A stretch of 51,469 bases of DNA from Planctomycetota bacterium (GCA_016872895.1 VGYT01000002.1:1-51469), one strand, 5' to 3'. Shown: positions 19,501-27,613, numbered from the stretch's first letter. Program-made: numbers and translations. Notes: generated by a model from the letters alone, not told the origin.

Positions 19501-19837
19501 AGGGCAGGCCGGCGCCGTCGAACTGCCTGGCGGTGACGTCGCCGTACACTCCGCGTTCGGCGATATGGCGGCGGGCTTCCGCGACTTTCTCGGGCGATAC
19601 GTCCAGGCCCTGGACGATGAAGTTCTCGCCCGGGCGGAGTTCAACCGTGAGTTTTCCGTCGCCGCAGCCCAGGTGTACGACAAAGCCGCCCTTTGCGCCC
19701 GCGGCCGACAGGATCTGCCGGGCCTCATCCGCCGGCCCTGCCCGAAGCGGCACTGCCCACCAGATCGTGCACACGAGCGCGACCAAGGCAGCCTCCGGTC
19801 CGGCGAGGCGGCCGCCCAAACGGCCGAGGCGATGCAT
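16526..19837 (-). CDS. Exported fusion protein: class I SAM-methyltransferase-like domain followed by multiple PQQ-like beta-propeller repeats
   Basis: ORF 16526..20047. ATG 19837 (GGAGA upstream) gives MHRLGRLGGRLAGPEAALVALVCTIWWAVPLRA, then GFVVHLGCGDGKLT...GLDVSPEKV...LVID (methyltransferase motifs I-III). About 900 aa of propeller repeats follow. Confidence 0.8.
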   Translation of the reverse strand: MHRLGRLGGRLAGPEAALVALVCTIWWAVPLRAGPADEARQILSAAGAKGGFVVHLGCGDGKLTVELRPGENFIVQGLDVSPEKVAEARRHIAERGVYGDVTARQFDGAGLPFADNTVNLLVIDGPCSVPRQEMTRVLCPGGTLCAKDGAAWKAETKPRPSDLDEWTHYHHDPQGTMVGLDKVVGPPQRIQWVGDPKWLRNHDFMSSMHAMVSSGARIFYIIDEGLRQHVFLPAQWSLVARDAFNGTVLWKRPLKDWHPANWPLKSGPGCLPRRLVAVGDRIFATLGLSEPLAALDAASGRTIRTYDGTKAAEEIAFSEGTLFLLVDPDRRPVDYRAEGPTYAEINRANSGWGWTSQSPQRCIAAVEADSGRILWKHAARIAPLTLTVGARSVFFFDGGAMAALDRKTGRPAWVSDNLPRAAIRPATGAAPRVILSDGVLVLCHGTQVWGLSAESGKLLWEGKIPPTGHHCPSDLFVIGGLVWSAHTGAAQQKGTHFVALDLRTGAAARDFVAENLPGFPMHPRCYPGRATQRYIMTAGMGTEFYEVGGNSVEIYNYVRGSCIYGVMPCNGLLYKPPDSCACYYMSKLEYLCALAPACPRPGAAQPMPEDGRLQKGPAYAAAPGQDHAAGPGAAEDWPMYRHDPARSGSCPSPVPAALKKSWEARLGGRLSQPVAAGGRVYVASADAHTLYALDAAGGKVLWKYLAGGRIDSPPTVYRGAVFFGCADGRIYCLLAADGSLAWSYLVAPQDRQIISCQRPESVWPLSGSVLVRGGAVYGLAGRNMFFDGGLRLVRLDSATGRKISETVLDELDPQTGKNLQTLISAKSMPVANPDILSCDGKYLYMGTQKFDLEGRRAGIEVASARQIGSQPETRHLFCPTGFLDDAWFHRTYWIYGDNCAEGWALYNLAQKHTPCGRIMALDESRAYAFRADGLGNTLLPTPAYRLYAADRNVRDEAPQQQQNGAPAKKKAKAGKAAGAAAEANIAGGYKVYWQIPSPPLFANAMAVGGRRLFVAGPPDVADESRMLGFLPGADDEINRQLKAQDDAWRGKMGGLLWVVSAEDGAKLAEYRLEAVPVWDGMSIANGKLFISLQNGAVTCWDGK

Positions 19838-19939
19838 TGAAAATCTCCTTTCCGCTGACACGTTGACGCACCGGGAGTTTGCGCGGCGCGAGCCTCCGCC
19901 GGCAGGCCACGGCCAGCCACGGCACAGCATGCCGGGCGG

Positions 19940-20059
19940 CCCCGGCACGCCTGCCGTGCCGGGGTGGTGCAAGACCGGCCGCGGGTGCCATGCTTTCGCG
20001 CCGTTGCGAGAGCATGGCCGTACGCCGCCGGGCGCATGCTCTCTCAAGCGAGAGCATGG
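19940..20059. repeat. Cluster of REP-like palindromes in the spacer after the LTXXQ gene
   Basis: CCCCGGCACG-CCTGC-CGTGCCGGGG at 19940-19964. Hairpins GCCATGCTTTCGC/GCGAGAGCATGGC (19987-20018) and GCATGCTCTCTC/GCGAGAGCATGG (20034-20059). Confidence 0.75.
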
Positions 20060-20099
20060 TGCCAGGCGCCGCGCCCGTGCCCCCGAGGCAGGGCGACGG

Positions 20100-20786
20100 T
20101 TACTTCGGCGCCTCGGCGGGGGCTGCGGCGGGCGCCGGCGCCGCCGGGGCGGGCGCGGCGGGTTTCCGTACCACGGCCTCGCGCTGCTCGGGAGTCAGGA
20201 TGACCTGTTCGATGGCCCACTTCAGGCGGCGCGGGACCTCGGACCTTTCCTGCTTGGCCTTTCTGTCATCGCCCTGGACGGCAGCGAGGTCCTTCGCCGC
20301 GGCGGCACAGGCGATCTTTATCTTGGCCGTCTGCTCCTCGGTCAGGGCGACCTTCCTCATGCGGCCGACGGTGGCCTGGAACAGTTTAACGCCCTCCCAC
20401 GCGATTTTCTGCTCGGGCGTGAGGGCGGCCAGGATGGCGGCCTCCGCTTCGGCGACGGCACCGGCGCGCTGCTCCTGAAGGGCCTTCAGGTCGGCGGAGG
20501 CCTTCTGCCTGGCGGCCTCGTCCGTGCCGCCTCGGGCGGCCTTGGCGGCGTCCTCGGCGGCCCTGAGTTTCTCGCCGTTGGCGGCGGTCCAGGCAGCCAA
20601 AGCGTCGTCGCGCGCCTTGAACTTGGCCTTCAGGTCAGCCTGCTGCTGCTCGGTGAGTTTCAGTTCGCTCACCATGAGGTCGTATTCGCTCTGGGCCGGT
20701 TCCCTGTTCCTGGCCCCCGCCCAGGCGGGCGCGGCCAGAATCGCCGCGAGCACCGCCGCACATGCCCATGCCGAGAGACGGCTCAT
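20100..20786 (-). CDS. Secreted LTXXQ-motif (Spy/CpxP-like) helical protein
   Basis: 228 aa with a signal peptide (AAILAAPAWA) and four LTXXQ motifs (LTEQQ, LTPEQ, LTEEQ, LTPEQ). GAGGAGG lies upstream of ATG 20786. Confidence 0.75.
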   Translation of the reverse strand: MSRLSAWACAAVLAAILAAPAWAGARNREPAQSEYDLMVSELKLTEQQQADLKAKFKARDDALAAWTAANGEKLRAAEDAAKAARGGTDEAARQKASADLKALQEQRAGAVAEAEAAILAALTPEQKIAWEGVKLFQATVGRMRKVALTEEQTAKIKIACAAAAKDLAAVQGDDRKAKQERSEVPRRLKWAIEQVILTPEQREAVVRKPAAPAPAAPAPAAAPAEAPK

Positions 20787-21020
20787 CGGAGAACCTCCTC
20801 TGTGGCCGCGATGGTCTTGCCCGGCCTTCGTCCTGCGGCCGCGCCGTACGAAGGCCGGCGGTGGTGACTCCCTGTTAGCACAGCCCTACCAGGCGCTTCG
20901 CGCGGCGGATCAGGGGACCCGCCGCGCGGGCACAGCGCTGCAATACCGGGCCGTGCGGCTCGATGCCCCGCCCACGCGTTCGCCAGGTGAAACGCAGCTC
21001 GCCAAGGCACATTGCAGCAT

Positions 21021-21710
21021 CTACAGTTTCGGCCGCACGAAGATCGGCCGGCCCTGGCCATCGGTCAGGCGGAAGTAGAAGTTCCAGCCGAGGACCACGT
21101 CGACGCACTTGACGACGATGCGGTTCGGCCCCTTCCGGAGCATGACGCCGGCGATGGCGTCCTGGTCCTGCTCGCCCGGCCGCCGCTCCTTGTTGTACGT
21201 GTGCACCAGTTTCCCGTTGACCCAGATTCTGATGTAATCGTCGCTGCCGACGAGGAGCCTGGCGCTGGGCATGTCCTGCGGGCAATCGAGCCAGGCGACG
21301 GCGTACGCGGCGGCATGCTCGATCCCGCCGTAGAACGCATCGAGATCAATCATGCCCATGTGGTCCCCGCCGGTGAATCGCATGCTTCTCCACGCGGCGC
21401 CCGGCGGAGGTTTCTGCGTGCCGTCGAGTCTGCCCTCGCCCGGCATGAACTCCTTGTCAATCGCGGCCTGCTGATGCCCGCCGCCAAAGTCCTCCTCCTT
21501 GAACGTGAAGGGCCCGAGCAGCATCCAGTTCATGACGAAGTGCTTCCCGGTGACGCCCGGGGCCGCCTCGGCCGCGGGCGGAACGAGGTCGTCGCAGGCG
21601 ACGGTCGGCGGCGGCCCCTTCCTTTCGCCGACCGCAGCGCAGCCCGCCGCCAAGCCCGCGAGGCAGGCCGCCAGCGCCGCCAGAAGACACATGCATGCCG
21701 GTTTTTTCAT
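21021..21710 (-). CDS. Lipoprotein of unknown function (probable beta-sandwich domain)
   Basis: 229 aa. MKKPACMCLLAALAACLAGLAAGC lipobox, with AAGGAG upstream of ATG 21710. Composition is not low-complexity. Confidence 0.75.
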   Translation of the reverse strand: MKKPACMCLLAALAACLAGLAAGCAAVGERKGPPPTVACDDLVPPAAEAAPGVTGKHFVMNWMLLGPFTFKEEDFGGGHQQAAIDKEFMPGEGRLDGTQKPPPGAAWRSMRFTGGDHMGMIDLDAFYGGIEHAAAYAVAWLDCPQDMPSARLLVGSDDYIRIWVNGKLVHTYNKERRPGEQDQDAIAGVMLRKGPNRIVVKCVDVVLGWNFYFRLTDGQGRPIFVRPKL

Positions 21711-22035
21711 ATCAGTCTCCTTATCTGACGGGCTTGCCGCGGCGCCGCCCCGGCGAGCCGGGGCGTCCGCCCTCGCGGCAAACGGCCCGGCGGAGCCGTC
21801 GCGGCTTCGCCCCGCCAGGAGTGTACCGCCTGCGCTTGCCGAAACAACAGAATCCTACGCGGCCGCTTTCACCGCGCCCGTTCTTGGAACAGGCGCGCCG
21901 CTTGAAGTCCTCCGGCCGGCTGAACGTGCCGGGGGCGTTGACGAACTGCGGGCCGGCCGGGAAGGAATGGACGTCCTTGGGCCGGCCCCTGGCGGCGGTG
22001 AGCGCCCGCCCCGGGCGCTCCCTGCTCCCCGGGCA

Positions 22036-24000
22036 TCAGGCTTTACCTTTCCAGATTTTCAGATTCCTCCATGAGCCGGCGCCTTCCTGGCGGAGGCCGA
22101 AGGCGCCCGCCCCCGGCGCCGGGCCGCCCACGACGCCGATGTCGTTCCAGACGAGCACCGCCGTGCCGGACAACTCCAGGCGCACCAGGCCGCCGCGGCG
22201 GACGAGCCGGCACCTGTACCAGCGGTTCGGCGGGTCAGGGATGGGGTCCTTCGGTCTGTTCGGCAGGACGGTGTCGTGGCCGTCGGCGACGACGTGCTTC
22301 GGCAGCCCCTTGGCGAGGGTGACGACGCCGTCGGGCTTGTCATCCTTCTTCCCGCCGAAGGCGAGCGTGTAGCCGCCCTTGCGGCCGGCCGCCGCGAAGG
22401 CGATTGAAGCCCTCGCGGCCAGGGCGGCCGGCTGATATTCCCACTCGGCCGCGAAGTCGGCCGGCAGGTCCTGCGCCAGCCAGACGGTTGCACCCTCCAG
22501 CCGGAGCATCTTGCCGTCGGCCTCGGCCTTGCCGTCGCCCTCGCGCTGCCAGCCGCGCAGGGGGCCGCCAGGGTCCATCGAGAACACCAGGTCGCCCTTG
22601 AAGGCATCGGCGCTCGTCGCCGGTCGCGGGGGCGGGACGGGCGGCAGGACGACGGCGTCGCCGGCGGCGGCGTGCGGCATTGCGGCGTCGATCTCATCGG
22701 CCCCGACGTCGGGACCGCCGCCGCCGGGCCGCGTCCGGCCGAGCCGGTCACGCGTCACCTGCGCAAGCCGCGCGGCCGCATCGCGGACGGGGCTTCCCTC
22801 GCGCGGACGGAGCGCCTCCTCCTCGCCCGCCAGGAGCGGGTCGGCCAGGCGCGCGCCCGGGCCTTCGAAGCCGACCTTCGCCCCGCCCGTCGGCCAGAAC
22901 AGGTTGCCAGCCACCTCGTTGTCAGCCGCGCCGTTGAGGTCCAGCAAGACGCCCGCCCCGCCGGCGATGAGGTTGTTGAGGATCCGGTTGCCCGCGGGGC
23001 GGACGGCGTTCTGCTGGTAGTTGGAGAACGTGATGCCGGCGGGACCGTTTTCGACGAGCGTGTTGTGGGCGACAAGGCATCGCTCGGCCTGGCTGTGGTT
23101 GCCGCCGCCCAGGGGCATCGCGATGCCGTAGTCGGCGTTCTTCGCGCACAGGTTGTTGACGACAACGTGCCCGCGGCCGTGGATGCGGATGCCGCCGCGG
23201 TTGCGCACCAGGACGTTGCCCTCGACGAGGCAGTCGTTGCCGCCGCGCAGAACGAGGGCGGCCCGGCATCCGGCCGCCACGTTGTACCGGATGATATTGC
23301 GTGATGTTTTGTTGGAGATGAGTTCGGCGTCGCCGTCGGCGTGGTCGAACACGTTGTACTCGACGAGAGCGTGTGTCTCGAACTCGTGGCTGCCCGCGTA
23401 GCCCTGGCCTATCTGGATGGGCTCCTGCCCGTTGTAGGAAAGGTGCGGGATATCGCGGAAGGTATTGTGGTCGAAGCAGTTGCGCAGGGCAAGGCGGTCC
23501 TCCTGGCGGACCCGCAGGCCGAGGCTCATCGACTTGGAGTCCTCGAACAGGCAGTGGTCCACGCGGTTGTCGCAGGCCCCCTCGCCCACCTCCACCACAT
23601 GGCCGAACGTAGAACGCGGGTTCCCGCAGTGGAGGAACCGGCACTCGGTCACCCGGCAGCGGCTGCCGAGGACGTTGACGGCGATGTCCGGCCCCGCGTG
23701 GTCGAACAGGAACCCGCGGAACTCGACGAAGCGGCCCTTGATGGCCACGGCCGTCGCGCGCCGCAGCGTTACACCGCCCGGGGTCTGCGGCCGGATGACG
23801 ACGGGCCGGCCCTCGGCCCCGCTCGCGGCCGCCTCGACCCGCCAGTCGGCGTAGACGCCGTCGCGGACGACGAGTTCATCGCCGGGTTTGAGCGCCGACG
23901 CGCGGGCGTTGAACTCATCGGGCGTCGAGACCTCGGGCGCAGCGGCCAAGCCGCGAGCGGGTATCAGCATCAGAACAAGAACCGCCGGCATCGCTCGCAT
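22036..24000 (-). CDS. Secreted right-handed beta-helix protein, polysaccharide lyase family 6-like, with a C-terminal concanavalin/DUF1080-like domain
   Basis: ORF 22036..24072. The N-terminus ...STPDEFNARASALKPGDELVVRDGVYADW...GRPVVIRPQTPGGV matches my recall of PL6 (chondroitinase B / alginate lyase). The start is ATG 24000 (GAGGA 8 nt upstream) or 24018. The ORF-track start overlaps the -10 at 24073. Confidence 0.7.
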   Translation of the reverse strand: MRAMPAVLVLMLIPARGLAAAPEVSTPDEFNARASALKPGDELVVRDGVYADWRVEAAASGAEGRPVVIRPQTPGGVTLRRATAVAIKGRFVEFRGFLFDHAGPDIAVNVLGSRCRVTECRFLHCGNPRSTFGHVVEVGEGACDNRVDHCLFEDSKSMSLGLRVRQEDRLALRNCFDHNTFRDIPHLSYNGQEPIQIGQGYAGSHEFETHALVEYNVFDHADGDAELISNKTSRNIIRYNVAAGCRAALVLRGGNDCLVEGNVLVRNRGGIRIHGRGHVVVNNLCAKNADYGIAMPLGGGNHSQAERCLVAHNTLVENGPAGITFSNYQQNAVRPAGNRILNNLIAGGAGVLLDLNGAADNEVAGNLFWPTGGAKVGFEGPGARLADPLLAGEEEALRPREGSPVRDAAARLAQVTRDRLGRTRPGGGGPDVGADEIDAAMPHAAAGDAVVLPPVPPPRPATSADAFKGDLVFSMDPGGPLRGWQREGDGKAEADGKMLRLEGATVWLAQDLPADFAAEWEYQPAALAARASIAFAAAGRKGGYTLAFGGKKDDKPDGVVTLAKGLPKHVVADGHDTVLPNRPKDPIPDPPNRWYRCRLVRRGGLVRLELSGTAVLVWNDIGVVGGPAPGAGAFGLRQEGAGSWRNLKIWKGKA

Positions 24001-24072
24001 CGCCAGGTTCCTCGACATAATACGAGAGCGCCAGGTTCGGTTCACGCGCAGCCCGCACCCGGCCAAGCGCAA

Positions 24073-24101
24073 AGACTAGCGGGCCGTCGCGGCTGCGTCA
24101 A
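24073..24101 (-). promoter_or_regulatory. sigma70-like promoter for the PL6-like gene
   Basis: Reverse strand reads TTGACG-17 nt-TAGTCT. Confidence 0.45.
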
Positions 24102-24169
24102 CACGCAGCAGCACCGCCCCATCCCTTTCCCCGGCTTGCGGGAGGTGTGCGGCGCAGCGCGGGGCGCGG

Positions 24170-24198
24170 TTGAAGTGGCCCGTCGCGGGCGGTATGAT
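24170..24198 (+). promoter_or_regulatory. sigma70-like promoter for the TMTC-like gene
   Basis: TTGAAG-17 nt-TATGAT, divergent from the PL6 promoter. Confidence 0.5.
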
Positions 24199-24306
24199 GC
24201 CGGCGTGAGCCAACCGCCGGGCCGAATCGAGTTGCCGCTCTCCGCCCCGCACAGCGGGGGCGACGCTCGGCCGCAGGCCAGCGGCACCGCGCGCGGCCGG
24301 CGTCTC

Positions 24307-26085
24307 ATGACCATCCTGGGGGCGGCCCTCCTCCTGGCCGCCGCCGCAGGCGTCTATGCAGGCAGCCTCCGTAACCCGTTCATCTTCGACGACCTGCCGC
24401 ACATCCGCGACAACGCCGACCTGCGCCAGGACGGCGCCCCGTGGCGGGTCATGTTCACCAAGTCATTCTGGACGCGCCCCGTCTTAGGCCTGACGCTGGC
24501 CGCGAACTACGCCCTGGGCGGCCTGGACGTGCGCGGCTACCGCGCGGTAAACGTGGCCGTGCACCTGCTGGCAGCGCTCGCGCTCGCCGGCCTCCTGCGG
24601 CGGACGCTGCGGAGGATCGGCGTGGGCGCCGGCTCGCTCATCGCCGACGGCCTCGCCCTTGCAACGGCGCTGCTCTGGACGGTCCACCCGCTTCAGACGC
24701 AGTCCGTGACGTACATCGTCCAGCGCGGCGAGGCGATGATGGGCCTGTTCTACTTGCTCACGCTGTACGGAATCGTACGGGCCGCCGAGTCGCGCCGGCC
24801 GCGATGGTGGTACGCCGCCGCCGTGGCCGCGTGCGCCCTGGGCATGGGGTCGAAGCAGGTGATGATCACCGCGCCGCTGGTGGCGCTGCTGTACGACCGC
24901 ACGGTGCTGGCGGGCTCGTTAGGCGAGGCGCTCAGGCGTCGGTGGGGCCTGTACGCCGGCCTGGCAGCGACATGGCTGGTGATTCTGCCGTTCGCGGCGC
25001 TCGTGGCGCAAAACTGGCTCCTGGCCGGTGCGGCGCCCGCCAGGTCCTTCATGGCCCAGCGTCCGCTGCCGACGCCGTGGGAGTACCTGCGGACCGAGCC
25101 GGGCGTGCTTGTGCACTACCTGCGGCTGGCCGTCTGGCCGCATCCGCTGTGCCTGGATCACTTCTGGCCGGTGGCAAGAACGGCGGCGGAGATCCTGCCG
25201 CACGCCGTCCTCGTGACTGGGCTGCTGGGCGCGGCGATATGGGCGGCGTGGCGGCGCCCGGCTGGCCTGCCGTCAGGCCACCCTGGCACGGCCGCGGGCC
25301 GCGCCGTGGCCGACGGCACGCCTGCCGTGCCAGGGGGCGACGCCGTGGCAAGCCCGGCGCCGCGTGGGCGGCGGTCGGCCGCGGGGCTGGCGGGCCTCGT
25401 CTTCTTCATCATCCTTGCGCCCACGTCCAGCGTTTTTCCCATCGAGGACCCGGCGTTCGAGCACCGCATGTACCTGCCGCTGGCGTCTGTGGCAGCCCTG
25501 GCCGTGTGCGGCACGTATGCGGCGGGGGCGTGGGCGCTCGGGCGCGTGGTGCCGGCGGATGCGCTGCGGATGCGCATCGGGTGGATGCTGGCCTCCGTCC
25601 TGACGGCGGCAGCCGCCGCTGCCCTGGGATACCTGACCATCCTGCGCAACGAGGACTACGGCAGCGACTACCTGATGTGGTCGGACATCGCGGCCAAGCG
25701 GCCGGACAACCCCCGCGCACAGTACACGCTCGGCAACGTCCTATGGCGCGACGGGCGCCTGCACGAGGCCATCGACCGCTACCGCGAGGCCATCAGGCTG
25801 GACGGCGAACACATCCACGCCCATAACAACTTGGCCAACGTGCTCATGGGCCTCGGCCGCTACGACGAGGCCGTCGCCGAGTACCGCCGCGCGCTGGCAA
25901 TCAAGCCCGACTACGCCGAGGTCTGGAGCAACCTGGGCACCTGCCTTGCCCTGGCGGGCAGGCGTGACGAGGCCATCGCCTGCTTCCGCGAGGCACTGCG
26001 CCTGACGCCCGGCCTCCCCCTCGCCCGGAACAACCTGGACCGCCTTCTCGCCGCGCCCGGGCCGGCGCCCGGCCCGCACCCCTGA
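24307..26085 (+). CDS. Polytopic membrane protein with C-terminal TPR repeats (TMTC / O-mannosyltransferase-like)
   Basis: In-frame part of ORF 23341..26085. MTILGAALLLAAAAGVYAGSLRNPFIFDDLPHIRDN, then about 9 hydrophobic helices, then TPR units (AHNNLANVLMGLGRYDEAVAEYRRALAIKPDYAEVWSNLG...). The start is uncertain: ATG 24307, or GTG 24205 which lies 7 nt after the -10. Confidence 0.75.
   Translation: MTILGAALLLAAAAGVYAGSLRNPFIFDDLPHIRDNADLRQDGAPWRVMFTKSFWTRPVLGLTLAANYALGGLDVRGYRAVNVAVHLLAALALAGLLRRTLRRIGVGAGSLIADGLALATALLWTVHPLQTQSVTYIVQRGEAMMGLFYLLTLYGIVRAAESRRPRWWYAAAVAACALGMGSKQVMITAPLVALLYDRTVLAGSLGEALRRRWGLYAGLAATWLVILPFAALVAQNWLLAGAAPARSFMAQRPLPTPWEYLRTEPGVLVHYLRLAVWPHPLCLDHFWPVARTAAEILPHAVLVTGLLGAAIWAAWRRPAGLPSGHPGTAAGRAVADGTPAVPGGDAVASPAPRGRRSAAGLAGLVFFIILAPTSSVFPIEDPAFEHRMYLPLASVAALAVCGTYAAGAWALGRVVPADALRMRIGWMLASVLTAAAAAALGYLTILRNEDYGSDYLMWSDIAAKRPDNPRAQYTLGNVLWRDGRLHEAIDRYREAIRLDGEHIHAHNNLANVLMGLGRYDEAVAEYRRALAIKPDYAEVWSNLGTCLALAGRRDEAIACFREALRLTPGLPLARNNLDRLLAAPGPAPGPHP
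25281..25335. repeat. REP-like palindrome set lying inside the TMTC-like CDS
   Basis: Outer arms CCCTGGCACGGC (25281-25292) and GCCGTGCCAGGG (25324-25335). The inner 17-mer GGCACGCCTGCCGTGCC (25315-25331) is identical to the intergenic copy at 19944-19960. Confidence 0.8.
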
Positions 26086-26111
26086 AGGCAGTTGAAAGTT
26101 CGGGGTTCAGC

Positions 26112-26174
26112 GTTCAAAGTGAACGGCGGAGCGGCGCATCCGCTACTTGACTGCACTGACTTTCGACTTTGAAC
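26112..26174. repeat. Convergent pair of GTTCAAAGT[G/C] post-stop motifs forming a long-range inverted repeat
   Basis: GTTCAAAGTG on the plus strand at 26112-26121, 27 nt after the stop at 26085. GTTCAAAGTC on the minus strand at 26174-26165, 41 nt after the stop at 26215. Related units (GTTGAAAGT, GTTCAAG) flank them. Confidence 0.8.
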
Positions 26175-26214
26175 CTTGAACTTAGAAGTGCCGTCAAGCG
26201 CGCGGCGCCCAGGA

Positions 26215-27459
26215 TCACAGCCGCCATGGCGATCGCCGGCCGCGGTCCAGCAGGCGGTTGGCCTCGGCGTCGCCGAGGAACTCCTCCCCGACGGGGTCCC
26301 ACTTCAGGGGCCGGCGCAGCGCGAAGGCGATGTTGCCCAGGTGGCAGACGGTCATCGTGCGGTGGCCGATCTCCACGTCGCAGACGGGCCTCTGCCGCGT
26401 GCGGATGGCGCTGAGAAAGTCGGCGTCGTGGCCGGGACTCTGGTACAGGCGCACCTCGCCCGGCCCGGTGGGCGTGCGCATGAGGCTTTCCGGCCAGGTG
26501 CGGAGCGTGCCGCGGTTGACGGCCACCCTGCCCTCCGAGCCGATGAAGACGACGGCCCACTCGCCCATGCGGTTCATGTGAATGACGCGCACGCCGCCGG
26601 CGTACACGAAGGTCAGCAGCGGCGCGTCTTTCCCGCCGGGCGGGACGACTTCCAGCGGGCCGGTTGAGTCGGCCGCCAGGCCCCACTGCGCGATGTCGAA
26701 GTGGTGGCTTCCCCAGCCGGTCATGCCGCCGCCGGAGTAATCGCGGAACCGCTCCCACCCGCCGCATTCATGCATGCAAATGCCAGAGTGGAAAGGCCGC
26801 CACGGGGCCGGCCCCAGCCACATGTCCCAGTCGATGCCCGGCGGCACGGGTTCCGCCGGCAGGTGGCACTCCTCGGGCGGGCCGCCCACGTACACCTCGA
26901 CCGTTTCAAGCCTGCCGATGCGGCCGCTGCGGACCATCTCGCAGGCGAATCGGAACTCCCAACTGCTGCGCTGCTGCGTGCCGTGCTGGAAGACGCGGCC
27001 GTAGCGGCGGACGGCTTCGACCATGGCGCGGCCGTCGCGCACCGTCAGGGACATCGGCTTCTCGCAGAACACGTCCAGGCCCGCCCTGGCGGCCGCGATG
27101 GTGTGCAGCGGCTTCCACTGGCTGGGGGTGGCGATGACGACGGCGTCGAGGTCACCGCGGGCCAGCAGTTCCCGGAAGTCGCGGTGCACGCCCAGGCCGG
27201 CCTGCTTGAACGGCGCGAGGCGCCCTTCCTGGACGTCGCAGGCGGCCACTGCCTGGACGCCCGCGTGCCGGGTCATGCTGCGAAGGACGCCGCTCCCCCG
27301 GCCGCCGACGCCGATGGCCGCCAGCGCGATGCGGTTGCTCGGGGCCGACTTGCCGCCCGCACCCAGGGCCGACGCGCAGACGACCCACGGCCCGGCCAGG
27401 GCCGAGGCCATCGCCCGCTCGAGAAAACGGCGGCGCGTAGCGCGGCACTTGGGGTTCAC
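26215..27459 (-). CDS. Gfo/Idh/MocA-family oxidoreductase with a TAT signal
   Basis: 414 aa. GTG 27459 gives (M)NPKCRATRRRFLERAMASALAG, then IALAAIGVGGRGSG (Rossmann). GAGGG lies upstream, and the promoter at 27481 is consistent with this start. Confidence 0.85.
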   Translation of the reverse strand: MNPKCRATRRRFLERAMASALAGPWVVCASALGAGGKSAPSNRIALAAIGVGGRGSGVLRSMTRHAGVQAVAACDVQEGRLAPFKQAGLGVHRDFRELLARGDLDAVVIATPSQWKPLHTIAAARAGLDVFCEKPMSLTVRDGRAMVEAVRRYGRVFQHGTQQRSSWEFRFACEMVRSGRIGRLETVEVYVGGPPEECHLPAEPVPPGIDWDMWLGPAPWRPFHSGICMHECGGWERFRDYSGGGMTGWGSHHFDIAQWGLAADSTGPLEVVPPGGKDAPLLTFVYAGGVRVIHMNRMGEWAVVFIGSEGRVAVNRGTLRTWPESLMRTPTGPGEVRLYQSPGHDADFLSAIRTRQRPVCDVEIGHRTMTVCHLGNIAFALRRPLKWDPVGEEFLGDAEANRLLDRGRRSPWRL

Positions 27460-27480
27460 GTTCTCGCCCTCGACGAGGCT

Positions 27481-27509
27481 ATTCTACCCGCCCGGCCGCG
27501 GAGCAACAA
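27481..27509 (-). promoter_or_regulatory. sigma70-like promoter for the Gfo/Idh/MocA gene
   Basis: Reverse strand reads TTGTTG-17 nt-TAGAAT. Confidence 0.4.
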
Positions 27510-27553
27510 GCGCCCACTCGCCGTGAGCGCGGAACAGGCGACTTTTCTCGCGC

Positions 27554-27582
27554 TTGACAGCCGCCACGGACGCATCTAGGAT
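27554..27582 (+). promoter_or_regulatory. sigma70-like promoter for the STAS-kinase-STAS operon
   Basis: TTGACA-17 nt-TAGGAT, about 30 nt upstream of ATG 27614. Confidence 0.55.
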
Positions 27583-27613
27583 AACGGGCCGGTCCCATGG
27601 AGGCGAGCCGACG

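Noticed and set aside
19368-20867. 499-aa plus-strand ORF
   Set aside because: It spans the end of one gene, a REP-rich spacer and the antisense of the LTXXQ gene. The composition is Arg/Gly/Pro-biased.
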